A stretch of DNA of 49,908 nt from Desulfobacterales bacterium (GCA_040771865.1 JAXGZF010000008.1:146722-196629), one strand, 5' to 3'. Numbered from the stretch's first letter, positions 10,145 to 21,100 are shown. Notes: generated by a model from the letters alone, not told the origin. Made by a program: numbers and translations.

Positions 10145-10675
10145 TTAAACGATTCCTTCAAGGTCCTGGGCGCTCAGAACCCGGTCGATGTCCAGAAGGA
10201 TTTTGATGCTGTCGCCGATTTTGGCCATACCGAGAATAAAATCGGTGTTGATTTTGACACCGAAAGACGGTGTGGCTTCGATGTCGCTCTCCTTTATGTG
10301 AAAGACCTCGGATACGGAATCCACGACGATTCCCATGGGAATTGCACCGGCGCCCTGCGCGAATTCCACAACCACGATGCAGGTGCGCTCGTTGTATTCA
10401 TTGGACTGCATTCCGAATCTGACCCTCAGATCAACGACCGGAATCACCTTGCCGCGCAGGTTGATGACGCCAAGCACAAAGTCCGGAGTCTGGGGGACAT
10501 TGGTGATCGGCATCAAGCCGATGATTTCCCGGACCTTCAGAATCCGGATGCCGTAATCCTCCCTGTCCAGAGTAAAGGCAAGGTACTTTCCTTCCTTCTT
10601 TCCAGAATCCACAGGTTTGAGCGAGTCGAAAGCCTCGGTCTGACCGGGTTGACTGGTTTCAATCTCTTGCATCAT
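10145..10675 (-). CDS. cheW: Chemotaxis coupling protein CheW
   Basis: KYLAFTL, GVINLRGKVIPVVDLR, GIVVDSVSEV, ILLDIDRVL; start at 10675 with AAGGA RBS. Confidence 0.93.
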   Translation of the reverse strand: MMQEIETSQPGQTEAFDSLKPVDSGKKEGKYLAFTLDREDYGIRILKVREIIGLMPITNVPQTPDFVLGVINLRGKVIPVVDLRVRFGMQSNEYNERTCIVVVEFAQGAGAIPMGIVVDSVSEVFHIKESDIEATPSFGVKINTDFILGMAKIGDSIKILLDIDRVLSAQDLEGIV

Positions 10676-10759
10676 ATGTTTGATATCCTTTCGGCTTTTT
10701 GGCCTGTTGCAACATGTTTCCTGTGTGCCGGGCCGTCCAGTCCTGTCCAGCTCGGGCAA

Positions 10760-12652
10760 CTAGAAGTCCGAAAAGCCGCCTTCACTCGCGTCCATGGGAA
10801 TCACCTGTTCGGGACGGACGACCTGCCCCTTGTTGAACGCCTGAAGCTGTTTTGCTTTTTTACCCGGTCCGACAAGCGCTTTCATGCCCTTGGATTTTTT
10901 TGCCAAAGCCTGATGGCCGTTTCCCTGCTGACTGCCGCCGATAATATCCATCAGCGTATGCGCGGTCTGCTTCATCTGTTCGGCCTGGGCGTTCATTTCT
11001 TCGGATGCGGATGCGGATTCCTCGGCATTGGCCGCGGTCTGCTGGGTGACCTTGTCCATTTCTGCGATTGCCTTGTTGATTTGAGAGATTCCCTGGGCCT
11101 GTTCATTGGAGGCTGCGGCGATTTCGCTGAGCAATTCTCCGACCTTGGACGAACTGGCTTCCACTTCGCAGAAGGCCTCATTGGTTTCGGTCACCAGATC
11201 GGAACCGGCCTTGATTTTCTTGACTGTTCCCTCGATCAGTCCAGCGGTATTTTTGGCGGCGTCGGCGGCCCGCATCGCCAAATTTCTGACTTCTTCGGCC
11301 ACCACGGCAAAACCTGCTCCGGCCTCGCCGGCACGGGCCGCTTCCACCGCGGCATTCAGCGCCAGAAGGTTGGTCTGGAACGCGATCTCATCGATTGTTT
11401 TGATGATTTTGGAGGTTTCTTCGCTGGCGGAACTGATTTCGTTCATGGACTGTGTCAGTTCCTTCATGGATGTATTGGCCTTGCCGACCACCTGATTGGC
11501 CTGTTTCATGAGGCTGTCGGCCTGTTCGGCGTTGCCGGCATTCTGCTGAATCATGGAAGACATTTCTTCCATAGAGGAAGAGGTTTCCTCAAGGGCGGAT
11601 GCCTGCTCGGAGGCGCCCTCTGCCAGTGACTGGCTGGCGGATGCAACCTGACTGGAGGCCGAAGCAACCTGATCCGCGCCTTCGTTCATCTGTTCCACGG
11701 CGGATTGAATCGGGCGGGTAATGCTTCTGGCGAAGAAAAGAACGCCGATGACAGTGAGAACGAGAAATACCACTCCGATGATGACAATGACATTTCGAAT
11801 CATATGGGCTGCGGCAAGAAATTCATCCTGGTTCTGGGTGACGCAGACGCTCCACCCCGTGATGTTCACAGGCGCAAAACCGGCGATTTTGGGAATGCCT
11901 TTAAATACATAGGATTCCACTCCGGCTTGAAGGCTCGCCATCCTTTGTGAGATGGTTTCCATTCCGCTCAGAGATCCAATATTCAGCGAAAGGATGTTGT
12001 TCTTGTCCGGATGCGCGATAATCAGCCCGCTTGAATTCGTCATGAATCCATAGCCGGTCTGTCCGATCTTGGCGCATACCTTGTCGACCAGGTAGTCAAT
12101 TTTCATGACGATGGCGGCGGTTCCAGCAAATTTCCCTTCTGAAGAGATGATCGGCGCGCAGATCGAGGAAATCGGGTTGCCGCTGATTTTGGATTTCACC
12201 ACCGCACCGACATTGGCCTTTCCATTTTTGGCCGATTGGAAATAGTCACGGTCTGCCAGTGAAAGGGTCTTGTAAGTTCCTTTGGATCCGTCGGCGATCA
12301 CGGTGCCTGCGGCATCGGTCACCAGGATTGTTTCATATTCCGCTCCAATGGTGCTCATGATGCCGGCCAGATGGCGGTCCAGAACGGCGATGTCTTCCGG
12401 CGCCTTGCTGGCCGCGGCCTGCACGCTTGTATCCGTGACGGCCAGTTCGCTAATCACCTTGATTTCGGTGCTCAACGACACCTGAACCATGTCGGCGATA
12501 TCCTTGGCCGACTTGGAGGCCTGATATTTGGCGGCTGATTCAAGGGAATTTGACGCCTTGACGGCCGAAAAAATTCCAACGGCCAGGAGCGGAATCAGGA
12601 CCACCATAATGCCTCCCGCTACCAGTTTAAATCCAAGTGTTCTTTTTTTCAT
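10760..12652 (-). CDS. Methyl-accepting chemotaxis protein with dCache sensor domain
   Basis: Two TMs, DRDYFQ Cache motif, [37 protein letters not shown] signalling hairpin. Confidence 0.96.
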   Translation of the reverse strand: MKKRTLGFKLVAGGIMVVLIPLLAVGIFSAVKASNSLESAAKYQASKSAKDIADMVQVSLSTEIKVISELAVTDTSVQAAASKAPEDIAVLDRHLAGIMSTIGAEYETILVTDAAGTVIADGSKGTYKTLSLADRDYFQSAKNGKANVGAVVKSKISGNPISSICAPIISSEGKFAGTAAIVMKIDYLVDKVCAKIGQTGYGFMTNSSGLIIAHPDKNNILSLNIGSLSGMETISQRMASLQAGVESYVFKGIPKIAGFAPVNITGWSVCVTQNQDEFLAAAHMIRNVIVIIGVVFLVLTVIGVLFFARSITRPIQSAVEQMNEGADQVASASSQVASASQSLAEGASEQASALEETSSSMEEMSSMIQQNAGNAEQADSLMKQANQVVGKANTSMKELTQSMNEISSASEETSKIIKTIDEIAFQTNLLALNAAVEAARAGEAGAGFAVVAEEVRNLAMRAADAAKNTAGLIEGTVKKIKAGSDLVTETNEAFCEVEASSSKVGELLSEIAAASNEQAQGISQINKAIAEMDKVTQQTAANAEESASASEEMNAQAEQMKQTAHTLMDIIGGSQQGNGHQALAKKSKGMKALVGPGKKAKQLQAFNKGQVVRPEQVIPMDASEGGFSDF

Positions 12653-12737
12653 TAGTTCTCCCCCTGTTTAAATTTGATTTGAAATAAGGACATTCAATCC
12701 ATAACGGCCATAAAAGTGAATCAATGCTCAGAATAAA

Positions 12738-12753
12738 AGCAAACCGTGTGCCA
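12738..12753 (-). promoter_or_regulatory. sigma54 (-24/-12) promoter of the MCP-cheW operon
   Basis: Minus strand TGGCACACGGTTTGCT, GG-N10-GC, about 85 nt upstream of the MCP start. Confidence 0.75.
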
Positions 12754-12814
12754 GATATTGTGGTGGTATGACCGGATTTTTGAAAATTGAGATTTGAGGA
12801 AGGGACGAGTCGAT

Positions 12815-12920
12815 CTTCAGGAGGAGCTTAAACGATTCCTGTTTCATGAGACTGTCGGCCTGTTCGGCGTTGCCGGCGTTCTGCTGAATCATGGAAGACA
12901 TTTCTTCCACAGAGGATGCC
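12815..12920 (-). pseudogene. Collapsed remnant of an MCP-cheW duplicate
   Basis: 12815-12840 matches 10132-10157 (cheW end, 25/26); 12838-12916 matches 11500-11578 (MCP interior, 76/79). Confidence 0.85.
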
Positions 12921-13134
12921 GCCGGACCGTTCAAACAACTTCGGATCGCTTTTGAGCAGATTACCATTTGGCTGGTGAAACAAAGCTGTTCCAAAGTCCG
13001 GCTTTCTTAATTTTTCAAAACAAAGTATATTTTAAACAATAATCGATCATTAGGATGAGGGCGCAATGGATATAAGGCGAGGGGATCTGAACAGATATGA
13101 TGAGCTTATTTTAAAGGTTTAGGAGACAGAACAG

Positions 13135-13536
13135 ATGAAACAGGTGCTGTTTGTGGTCTTGGTTCTTTTTTTTACGGGTTGCGCTACAGGCCCCGTTCTT
13201 TATCCCAATGCGCACCTTCAGGCGGTCGGTGAGGCCCAAGCCCAAGAGGATATTGCGGAATGCGAGCTTCTGGCCGATCAGTACGTCAAATCCGACGAGG
13301 GTGTTGCTATGGCTAAAAGTACGGCCATAGGAGGAGCGGGGGGTGCCGTGGTCGGTGGAGCTGTGGGCGCCGCGACGGGCAGCTTCGGGCGGAGCGTTGG
13401 CGTCGGCGCCGCCGCCGGTGCGGCGACGGGTTTGGTGCACGGCATCATCCAGGCTTCGGAACCGAGCCCCATTTTCAAGAACTTCATGATCCGATGCCTG
13501 CAGGAAAAAGGGTATGAGGTCATCGGGTGGGAATGA
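13135..13536 (+). CDS. Glycine-zipper lipoprotein
   Basis: Lipobox FTGC, GGAGGAVVGGAVGAATG zipper, C...CLQEKGYEV; AGGAG RBS. Confidence 0.85.
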   Translation: MKQVLFVVLVLFFTGCATGPVLYPNAHLQAVGEAQAQEDIAECELLADQYVKSDEGVAMAKSTAIGGAGGAVVGGAVGAATGSFGRSVGVGAAAGAATGLVHGIIQASEPSPIFKNFMIRCLQEKGYEVIGWE

Positions 13537-13664
13537 TGACCTGCGTTGCTGTGTGCGGGAACCCTGAAGGATTTTTCTCCGGAATGTGGTCCCTAAAAAA
13601 GGCCACAACCTCAAGCTGTCACCTTCATCAAGGCGCCTGGCGATTTTCCCGGATTGAACCCTAA

Positions 13665-13807
13665 CAGAGCGTTGAAAAACAAGAATCAGGCAGCCAGGCA
13701 AGGCGCGCGGCGATGCGACAAGCGCAGCATATTCAAGCATATGTGAGCATTGGCGAGAGCCGCGCAACGCGGAATGGCGGCCTCAGACGCAGTTTTTCAA
13801 CAGCCTG
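13665..13807. mobile_element. MITE copy A (143 bp, ~16-bp TIR, CTAA target duplication)
   Basis: CTAA|CAGAGCGTTGAAAAAC...GTTTTTCAACAGCCTG|CTAA; near-identical to three other copies in the window. Confidence 0.88.
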
Positions 13808-13893
13808 CTAAAGCCGCATTTTCCTGACGGACCGCTGCTGCTCTGGGCGCATGGAAACGTTCATGTGCTCGCCAATTTGCTTTAACCGCCCTG

Positions 13894-14793
13894 TTACAGT
13901 ACCTTGGTGAAGGTCAGGGTGGCCATCACGCCCCTGGGCCGGTCCTGTGTTTCGATCTCCCACTGAAGCCGCATGGATATACCCGTTGTGATGGACGGCA
14001 GAAAAACACTGGCTTCAGGGCCGATGGCAAAAGCCCTGTCATGAACATCCTTGTCCCAGGTCACGTCAACGCCGCTGTCGTTCTCGACCTGCCAGCTGCA
14101 GTAACCGGTCAGCCCCACATCCCAGATTTCCGCCAGGGTCTTGCTCACGCCCCACTCAAATAGGAAATCATCGCCCGGGGTAACATCCGCATCCCTTTTT
14201 TCGCTGTGTATTTCGTATCGCATGAGAATCGACGCCGCCCATGTTCTGCCCACATCCAGATAGTATGTCCCGCCGGCGGTGACCATCAGGGTCCAGAAGT
14301 CTTTTCCGGGAGAGGCGGGTTCGGACTCGTCATAGGCTCCCGTCGGCGTCCAGAGGGACAGGGCGGCGGCAGCGTCATACCGTCGGCCGTGCCAGGACAG
14401 GCCGACGGGTTCGATGTTGATGTCGCCCAGACCGAAGCGCGTGTCGGAAACCCCGGTTTCCCGAATGGAGATATCAGTGTAAGTCAGCGGAATGGTGGCG
14501 TCCATGAAGAAATTCGCACCCAGAACCTTTTGATCCGTCACCCAGAGAAAGCGGCTGACCGGCGCAAAGACCGTAAGGTCAAATGAGAGGGGAACCTTGT
14601 CTCCGTTCTTGTCCCTGAGTTCATTCGAGGTGTACAGGGCGTTGTACAGTTTGTAGTAAAGGCCCGGCGGGGGAAGGGTGCTGCATTTGATCCCCTCGAC
14701 GCCGTTGACGTAATGGCCGGTTTCTCCGGCAAAAGCCATGCCCGCAAAGCCGAAAAGAATTAAAACCCAGAGCGCCGTAACTGTTTTTTGCAT
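13894..14793 (-). CDS. SphA / 'MetA-pathway of phenol degradation' family outer-membrane beta-barrel protein
   Basis: Signal peptide, HYVNGVEG...LPPPGLY, GLGDI, PTGAYD...SPGKDFWT motifs, amphipathic beta strands; start MQKTV at 14793 with GGAGG RBS. Confidence 0.8.
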   Translation of the reverse strand: MQKTVTALWVLILFGFAGMAFAGETGHYVNGVEGIKCSTLPPPGLYYKLYNALYTSNELRDKNGDKVPLSFDLTVFAPVSRFLWVTDQKVLGANFFMDATIPLTYTDISIRETGVSDTRFGLGDINIEPVGLSWHGRRYDAAAALSLWTPTGAYDESEPASPGKDFWTLMVTAGGTYYLDVGRTWAASILMRYEIHSEKRDADVTPGDDFLFEWGVSKTLAEIWDVGLTGYCSWQVENDSGVDVTWDKDVHDRAFAIGPEASVFLPSITTGISMRLQWEIETQDRPRGVMATLTFTKVL

Positions 14794-14846
14794 GTGTTTT
14801 TTCAACCTCCGTTGATTTTCCGGCCCGGGGACGGCATCCGCCGGCA

Positions 14847-14885
14847 ATAAAAAACCCCGAAGCCAATTTGAAATCAGCCTGGGGC
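14847..14885 (-). terminator. Terminator of the riboswitch expression platform
   Basis: Minus strand CCCCAGGCTGA...TTGGCTTCGGGG-TTTTTTATT between aptamer and CDS. Confidence 0.65.
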
Positions 14886-14912
14886 TTTACCATTGCCGCC
14901 AAGATTTAAGGC

Positions 14913-15095
14913 CATTCGGCAGGTCTTCTGACTCGCGGATCATTCTAGTCCCCGCGCCTTCCCGCATCGATTCGTATTTTTCTTTCGATGCAGTGGCTTT
15001 CCCGCAGGTTTCGTCCTCGCTTACAGCGGCGGGTCCGTGCCGGATTTTCGCCGGGCTTCCCTCTTTTGTCGCCCTTTTGGGGCAACCGAATGCCG
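14913..15095 (-). ncRNA. Cobalamin (B12) riboswitch
   Basis: Minus strand CGGTTG...AAGAGGGAAGCCCGGCGAAAATCCGGCACGGACCCGCCGCTGTAAG...GCCACTG...GGGAAGGC...GAGTCAGAAGACCTGCC (B12 box). Confidence 0.95.
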
Positions 15096-15407
15096 AAATT
15101 GTGACTTTTCAGGTGCTCCTATCATATGGGGAAAACAACTGTCAATGAAATAAAGGGAGGAAAGAGTTCATCGTTTACGGCAATTTCGAATCCGGTTCAA
15201 ATATTTCCGAAATTCTTGAATTTGAATATTTAAACTGACCATCCACATTGACAGACAAACCCCGGCTGTGGTTTAGTGTAAATGATTGAATCAGGTGCGC
15301 ATGAACGTTAATTCAGTACAGGTGCGCATGAATTCCTGATCCCCCGTCATGAGAACCCGACCGGCGTTGTGGACAAAAACGGGTCCCTGTTTTGTTGGAG
15401 AAAAAAA

Positions 15408-15950
15408 TTGAAGATTCCGCTGATCAAGGAATACCCCTGCCAGCATGAATCCCGGCTCAGGCTCAAGAATGGGGCCGAGGTGTTTCTCAGGCCCGTTATG
15501 CCGGCAGATAGCCATCTCATTGTCGATTTGTTCAACAAAATGTCTCCGCAGTCGATCTATTTTCGATTTCTGAGGCGCCTCAACGCCCTTCCGGAAAACA
15601 TGATCCGGCAATTTACTCACGTCAATTATAACAGCGAACTCGCCCTGGTTGCCGTGATTCAAGAAGACGGAAAAGATGCCATTATCGCTGTCGGACGATA
15701 CGGATATGATCCTGATGAGGATATTACGGATCTGGCTGTTGCGGTCCGTGATGACTGGCAGCATTTCGGACTTGGCAAATCCTTGTTGAAAAAAGTTGTT
15801 GATATCGCAAAGGAAAATGGTATTTCACGTTTCACGTGCATGATGGATTCTCAAAATCACATAATCAAAAATATCTTACTGGCACTGGGTTATAGGGTGA
15901 CATATCTTTCACAGAGCGGTTTTTACCGGGTTGAGATCGTTGTCGGTTAA
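15408..15950 (+). CDS. GNAT-family N-acetyltransferase (Pat-like GNAT domain)
   Basis: LKNGAEVFLRPV, SIYFRF, AVAVRDDWQHFGLGKSLL acetyl-CoA motif; probable TTG start after GGAG. Confidence 0.85.
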   Translation: MKIPLIKEYPCQHESRLRLKNGAEVFLRPVMPADSHLIVDLFNKMSPQSIYFRFLRRLNALPENMIRQFTHVNYNSELALVAVIQEDGKDAIIAVGRYGYDPDEDITDLAVAVRDDWQHFGLGKSLLKKVVDIAKENGISRFTCMMDSQNHIIKNILLALGYRVTYLSQSGFYRVEIVVG

Positions 15951-16131
15951 AATAATTTGCATGTTCAACAAGTAAGCGCTATAGTTAATTCTTGAAAATG
16001 TTGAACAAAAGAGATATTGCGCCCAACAATCAATGATTGAAGACAGGGTATTGCTCAAAAGGCAAAACCGCTATTTTACCACCGTATTATGATTTGATTG
16101 ATGAATATTACAGAAGAAAGGAGAAAAAGTT

Positions 16132-17082
16132 ATGAAAAAGATCGCGGGCGTTATTTTTTGCATGGTATTTTGTTTGACAATCGGTTTTTCTGCATGGGCT
16201 GTTGAGTTGGATCCAGCCGCTGTGAAGGCAGAGAATTTTCCGGCAAGTTATGCAACGGAAAAGGGCGGGAACATTGTTTTCGGAAAATCGGCAACCGCAT
16301 ACAGCCCCGACGAAATGGATACAATACTGAAGGCTTATGGCGGCACAATGCAGGCGGATGCGAAGGTGCCGGCAAGTTATTCAAAAGGAAAAGCGGCAAC
16401 CGCATACAGCCCGAATTTAACCCATGAAATTCTGACGGCTTATGGTTTCAGCACCACCCCTGAGGCCATTGCGGAACTTAAAGATCCCGCCAGTTATGCA
16501 ACGGTTAAAGATGGAAACATTGTTTTCGGAAAATCATCAACAGCTTACAGCCCCGAAGAATTTAATATGCTGATGGCTGCTTATCGGTTGCCCGAAGTTC
16601 CCGTTGCTGCTCCGGTTGTGGAAAAGCCGGTTGCTGTCGCACCGCCGGTAGAAAAATGTATTGATGCAGATGGTGACGGTGTCTGCGATGATGTTGATAA
16701 ATGTCTGGGCACCCCGGTGGGCGCGAAGGTTGATGAAAGAGGATGCTGGGTAATTGGCGTTCAGTTTTTTGATTTTGACAAAGCCGTACTGAAGCCCATG
16801 TATTATGGGGATCTTGATGAGGTTGCGAAAGTGATGAAGGCAAACCCGAATCTAAGGGTTGATCTCAACGGTCATACCTGCGATCTCGGCTCAGAGAAAT
16901 ACAACCAGAAACTATCTGAAAGACGCGCCAAGGCGGTATTTGATTATCTGACAAATCATGGAATCGATGCGCAGCGGCTTACCTGGAAAGGATATGGCGA
17001 GACCCAGCCCGCATTTCCGAATACCTCAGAGGAAAACAGGGCCAAGAACCGGAGGGTTGAACTGACTCCAATCCTCAAATAA
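16132..17082 (+). CDS. OmpA-family peptidoglycan-binding protein with N-terminal repeats and TSP3-like Ca-binding linker
   Basis: Signal peptide; DADGDGVCDDVDKC...GC; FDFDKA, GHTCDLG, NQKLSERRA, NRRVE. Confidence 0.9.
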   Translation: MKKIAGVIFCMVFCLTIGFSAWAVELDPAAVKAENFPASYATEKGGNIVFGKSATAYSPDEMDTILKAYGGTMQADAKVPASYSKGKAATAYSPNLTHEILTAYGFSTTPEAIAELKDPASYATVKDGNIVFGKSSTAYSPEEFNMLMAAYRLPEVPVAAPVVEKPVAVAPPVEKCIDADGDGVCDDVDKCLGTPVGAKVDERGCWVIGVQFFDFDKAVLKPMYYGDLDEVAKVMKANPNLRVDLNGHTCDLGSEKYNQKLSERRAKAVFDYLTNHGIDAQRLTWKGYGETQPAFPNTSEENRAKNRRVELTPILK

Positions 17083-17418
17083 CAGCAATAAGAATATAGT
17101 TTGATCTTTTGCAAAGGCGGCGGGCAATGGCCGATTCCCATTGCCCGCCGCATGCAGTCAGGAATGGAAAACGGCTGTATGCCGCCGGGCCGGAACAGGA
17201 AGCGGGTGTCGTATTAGCCTGCCCGTGAATCTGATCTTTTGTGACCTGCCCCGCGAAGTCCCGGTGCGCCTTAGAACATCGGCCGCAAAATCATGTGTCT
17301 GGATGCCAGACGGTTCTATAGCATGGATAACCATACCAGATCGCTCTGTTGGCCCTTCATGAGGAAGGGTTTCGTCATCAATCTACAGATTGCATGCCAA
17401 CATAAAGGAGTAACCGCT

Positions 17419-17733
17419 ATGAAAAAGAGCCATGTTTGTGTCCGCTGTTTGTTGATTGTAATACTGATCGCCAGCCTGGCGGCCTGCGCATCGACATCCA
17501 AAAAGTCAAGTACCGGTGAGTACATTGACGACACGGTTATTACGACCAAGATCAAATCTCTTCTCGCAGCGGATGCTTTTCTTAAATCATTCCAGATCAG
17601 CGTTGAAACCTTCAAGGGCATTGTTCAGCTGAGCGGTTTTGTTGATTCCAAACAGGCCGCTAATAAAGCGGTGGAAATAGCGCGCGGCGTTAAAGGCGTC
17701 ACATCCGTGAAAAACAATCTGATTGTGAAATAG
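17419..17733 (+). CDS. BON-domain lipoprotein
   Basis: Lipobox LAAC, TGEYIDDTVITTKIKS, VETFKGIVQLSGFV, GVTSVKNNL; AAGGAG RBS. Confidence 0.92.
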   Translation: MKKSHVCVRCLLIVILIASLAACASTSKKSSTGEYIDDTVITTKIKSLLAADAFLKSFQISVETFKGIVQLSGFVDSKQAANKAVEIARGVKGVTSVKNNLIVK

Positions 17734-17906
17734 ACAGCCCGAAATTCACACGAAAAATCAAAAAATCTCCTGTTTTGTCTTCTCTACATCAATCGGGTAT
17801 TCAAAGAGCCGTTCCCGGTGGCACATGGGGGCGGCTCTCTTCAACTCAAGAGCCGGTCTTGACACGGAAAATGATCCCGTCACTTTTTCCCAGGAGGCTG
17901 TAAAGC

Positions 17907-18140
17907 ATGCAATTCCTGAAAACAAAACGCCAGCCATTGAGATCCATTTTTACTGCCGTTGGGTTGGATAAAATCGCAAGACATCTGGCCTTGTTGACCT
18001 GTCTGTCCATCGTGTCCAAGGCCAACGGGTGGTCTGATACGGGCGCCCCGGCCATTTTATCCCTTGCCGCAGCAGCCTGTCTGCTGCATCTGGCAGCCGG
18101 ATGGTTAAGGGGCTGCCGCCGCACAGGGCCAAAACCATGA
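17907..18140 (+). CDS. Small hypothetical membrane protein coupled to the ATPase
   Basis: AGGAGG RBS, two hydrophobic segments, stop overlaps the ATPase start (ATGA). Confidence 0.5.
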   Translation: MQFLKTKRQPLRSIFTAVGLDKIARHLALLTCLSIVSKANGWSDTGAPAILSLAAAACLLHLAAGWLRGCRRTGPKP

Positions 18141-21100
18141 TCAGCCAGCTGCTGTCGCCGGATCAGGTAATCCTGGATCTGAAAGACGATTTTGGCGCGG
18201 CCCTGCGCCGTCTGGCCTCTGCCGCCTGTCCGGGAGAGGACTTGGAACCCGCTCTTGAAGATCTGACCCGTACCGCCGATGATTCGGTTATGCAAGCCGG
18301 CGAAGATATCAGTTTGCCCCACCTGCGGATAGCGGGTCTTGAACAGCCCCGAATCAGTCTGGGACTGTCCCGCAAGGGTATTTTCCACAGGGGTAAGCGG
18401 TTTTCGCTGGTCCTGTTTCTGGCCACTCCGGAACAGGACAGCGCAGGCCACCTCAAGCTGCTTCAGCGGCTCAAAGCTCTTTTACCCCAGCTGCGCAACG
18501 ATCTGCTCAAGGCCAAAACACCGGAAAAGGTTATCGAAATTCTGGCTGCGGGTGAGGAAACATCCGTTCGTCCGACTTTTTTTAACCTCACCCAGGACCA
18601 GGTCGCCGTTGAATTGCGCACTGATCCGGTTACCGGCCTTTCATCCGCGGAAGCCAAAGACCGTCTCAGGCTTCACGGCCCCAACCAGATCCGCAGGGTG
18701 GCAGGCACACCCGAAATTATCAGGTTGCTGCGCAATTTTTTCAGCTTTTTTGCGATTCTGATCTGGGTGGCCGCGCTGTTGTGTTTCGTGCCGGGCGTGG
18801 ATATGCCCCAGCTGGGCGTGGCCATCCTCCTGGTAGTGGTCATCAACGGTTTATTTTCTTTTTTGCAGGAGCAGCGCAGCGACCGGGCGGTTGAGGCCCT
18901 GCAGCGACTTTGTGCTCAGCAGTGCCGGGTTCTGCGGGACGGACGGCCCGCTCAGATTGATGCCGCACTGATCGTTCCCGGCGATGTGCTGCTGCTGGAA
19001 GAAGGCGACATCGTAGCGGCCGATGCCCGCCTGATCGAGGCGGTCCAGGTGGAGGTGGACAACTCCTCGTTGACCGGGGAATCCGAATCGGCCAAGCGTT
19101 ACAAGTCGGACAAGCCCATACTGCTTCCCGGAAAATTTCTTTGGATCGAGCTGCCCAACGTCGTCTTTGCCGGCTCGATTCTGATCAGCGGTACGGCCCG
19201 GGCTATTGTCTTCGGCACGGGGATGAACACGGAAATTGGTAAAATTGCCGGTCTGACTCAGGCGATCAAGGGCGAAGGAAGCCCTCTGCAGAAACAGCTG
19301 CGGGCCACTGTACGGTCCATCGCCCTGCTGGCAGGAGGTCTGGGGCTGGTTTTTTTGTTTCTAGGCTGGTTGGCGGCCGGTTTGACCTTTGTACAGGCCT
19401 TTGTTTTTTTCATCGGCATCTTCGTGGCCAACGTACCCGAAGGGCTCCTGCCGACGGTGACCCTTTCACTGGCCATGGGGGTCAGCCGCATGGCCAAACG
19501 TAACGCCATCGTGAAAAACATTTCTTCCGTTGAAACCCTGGGATGCACCACGGTGATCTGTTCGGACAAAACCGGTACGCTCACCCAGAACCTTGTCATG
19601 GTTACCCATTTGTGGACTGACGGCGAACTCTATGCCGTCGGTGGCGAGGGATACCGGCCCGAGGGCGCCTTTCACCTAAATGGCCAGTTGGTGGACAAGT
19701 CCCGACTGACCGAAAACCCGGCCACAGCGCGACTGCTGGAATGCGCCCAGACTTGCAACAACGCTCACCTGGAAAAATCCAGGGGACAATGGCGTATCGT
19801 CGGGGACCCCACAGAGGGCGCCCTGGTTGTAATGGCCCGCAAGGCCGGCCTGCATGGGACCTATCAAAGGCTGCATGTCAATCCTTTTGAATCGGTTCGA
19901 AAACGCATGAGCGTTGTGGTCCGCCGGGCAGGCGCCGCAGAACTGATTCTTTACGTTAAAGGGGCTCTATCTGAGACTTTGGGGCTCTGTGACCGGATCC
20001 TGCGTGACGGGACGGTCCGTCCCATCAACGAAAGCGACCGTTCTCAAATACGGGCGGCCAGCGACGATCTGGCCCGCCAGGGGCTTCGGATTCTGGCTCT
20101 GGCCTATCGGGACGATTTGAAGGATTCAAGCGACTGGAGTGTGGATCATGCCGAACAGAAGCTGATTTTCATTGGCTTTACCGCCAGCTCCGATCCGGTG
20201 CGACCCGGTGTGCCCGAAGCGATTGACTCCTGCCACCGGGCCGGCATTCGCGTGATGATGATCACCGGCGACTATCCCCTGACCGCCGAATCCATCGCCC
20301 GTCAGGCGGGCATAGGCCAATTGAACCGGGATCAGCGGCTGGCGGTGATGGACGGTGCAGAGGTGATGTCCATGGACGATGAGCGCCTCAAAGCCGTTCT
20401 GAGCACCGGGGAAACGATTTTTGCACGGGTGGCCCCCGAAGAAAAGCTGCGAATCGTATCGCTGCTCAGGCAGCTGGGAGAAATCGTGGCCGTGACCGGC
20501 GACGGCGTAAATGACGGGCCCGCGTTGCGCTGTGCGGACATCGGCATTTCCATGGGCCGCCGAGGCACGGACGTCGCCAAGGAAGCCGCCCGCATGATTC
20601 TGGCCGACGACAACTTTTCCACCATTGTGGCTGCCATTGAAGAAGGTCGCGCCATTTTCGAAAATATTAAACGTTTTGTCGCTTATGTGCTCAACAGCAA
20701 TCCGCAGGAGTTGTATCCCTATATCTTCTGGATGCTTTTCCCCGAAATGCCTCTGACCATGACCGTCATGGGAGTGCTGGCCGTGGATGTGGGTACCGAC
20801 CTGATACCGGCCATGGGCCTGGGCATTGAAAGGCCTGAAAAAGGACTGATGGATCGGCCGCCCCGCTCCAAAAACGAAAAATTGCTCTCCATCGGTTTTA
20901 TTCTGCGGGCCTATTTTATCCAGGGCACAATCCTGGCCCTGTCCTGTTATGCCACCTATTACTTCTGCGGCTGGTATATGGGATGGTGGACGCCGACGGA
21001 TGCTCTCAGCAGTATGCCGGCCTCGCCGGCGGGTCTGAAAATGAATCTGGCCACGCCTGCCTACCTGATGAGCCTGACCGCCTATTTTTTCCCCACGGTC

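Noticed and set aside
10298..11629. Long antisense ORFs (also 2053-2838, 24682-25650, 25796-26890, 28345-29478, 37496-38401, 43970-45121)
   Set aside because: Shadows of well-supported genes on the opposite strand, common in GC-rich coding DNA
12728..12994. 88-aa ORF containing [26 protein letters not shown]
   Set aside because: Only the middle is MCP-derived (duplication scar); TTG start, overlaps the sigma54 promoter; unlikely to be a real gene
17117..17151. Intrinsic terminator after ompA
   Set aside because: A strong 14-bp hairpin, but no U-tract on the sense strand; not listed as a terminator
17295..17410. Multiple GGA hairpins (CsrA-like sites) in the BON gene leader; similar ACAGGA motifs before cheW
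   Set aside because: Short motifs expected by chance; cannot be supported without conservation data
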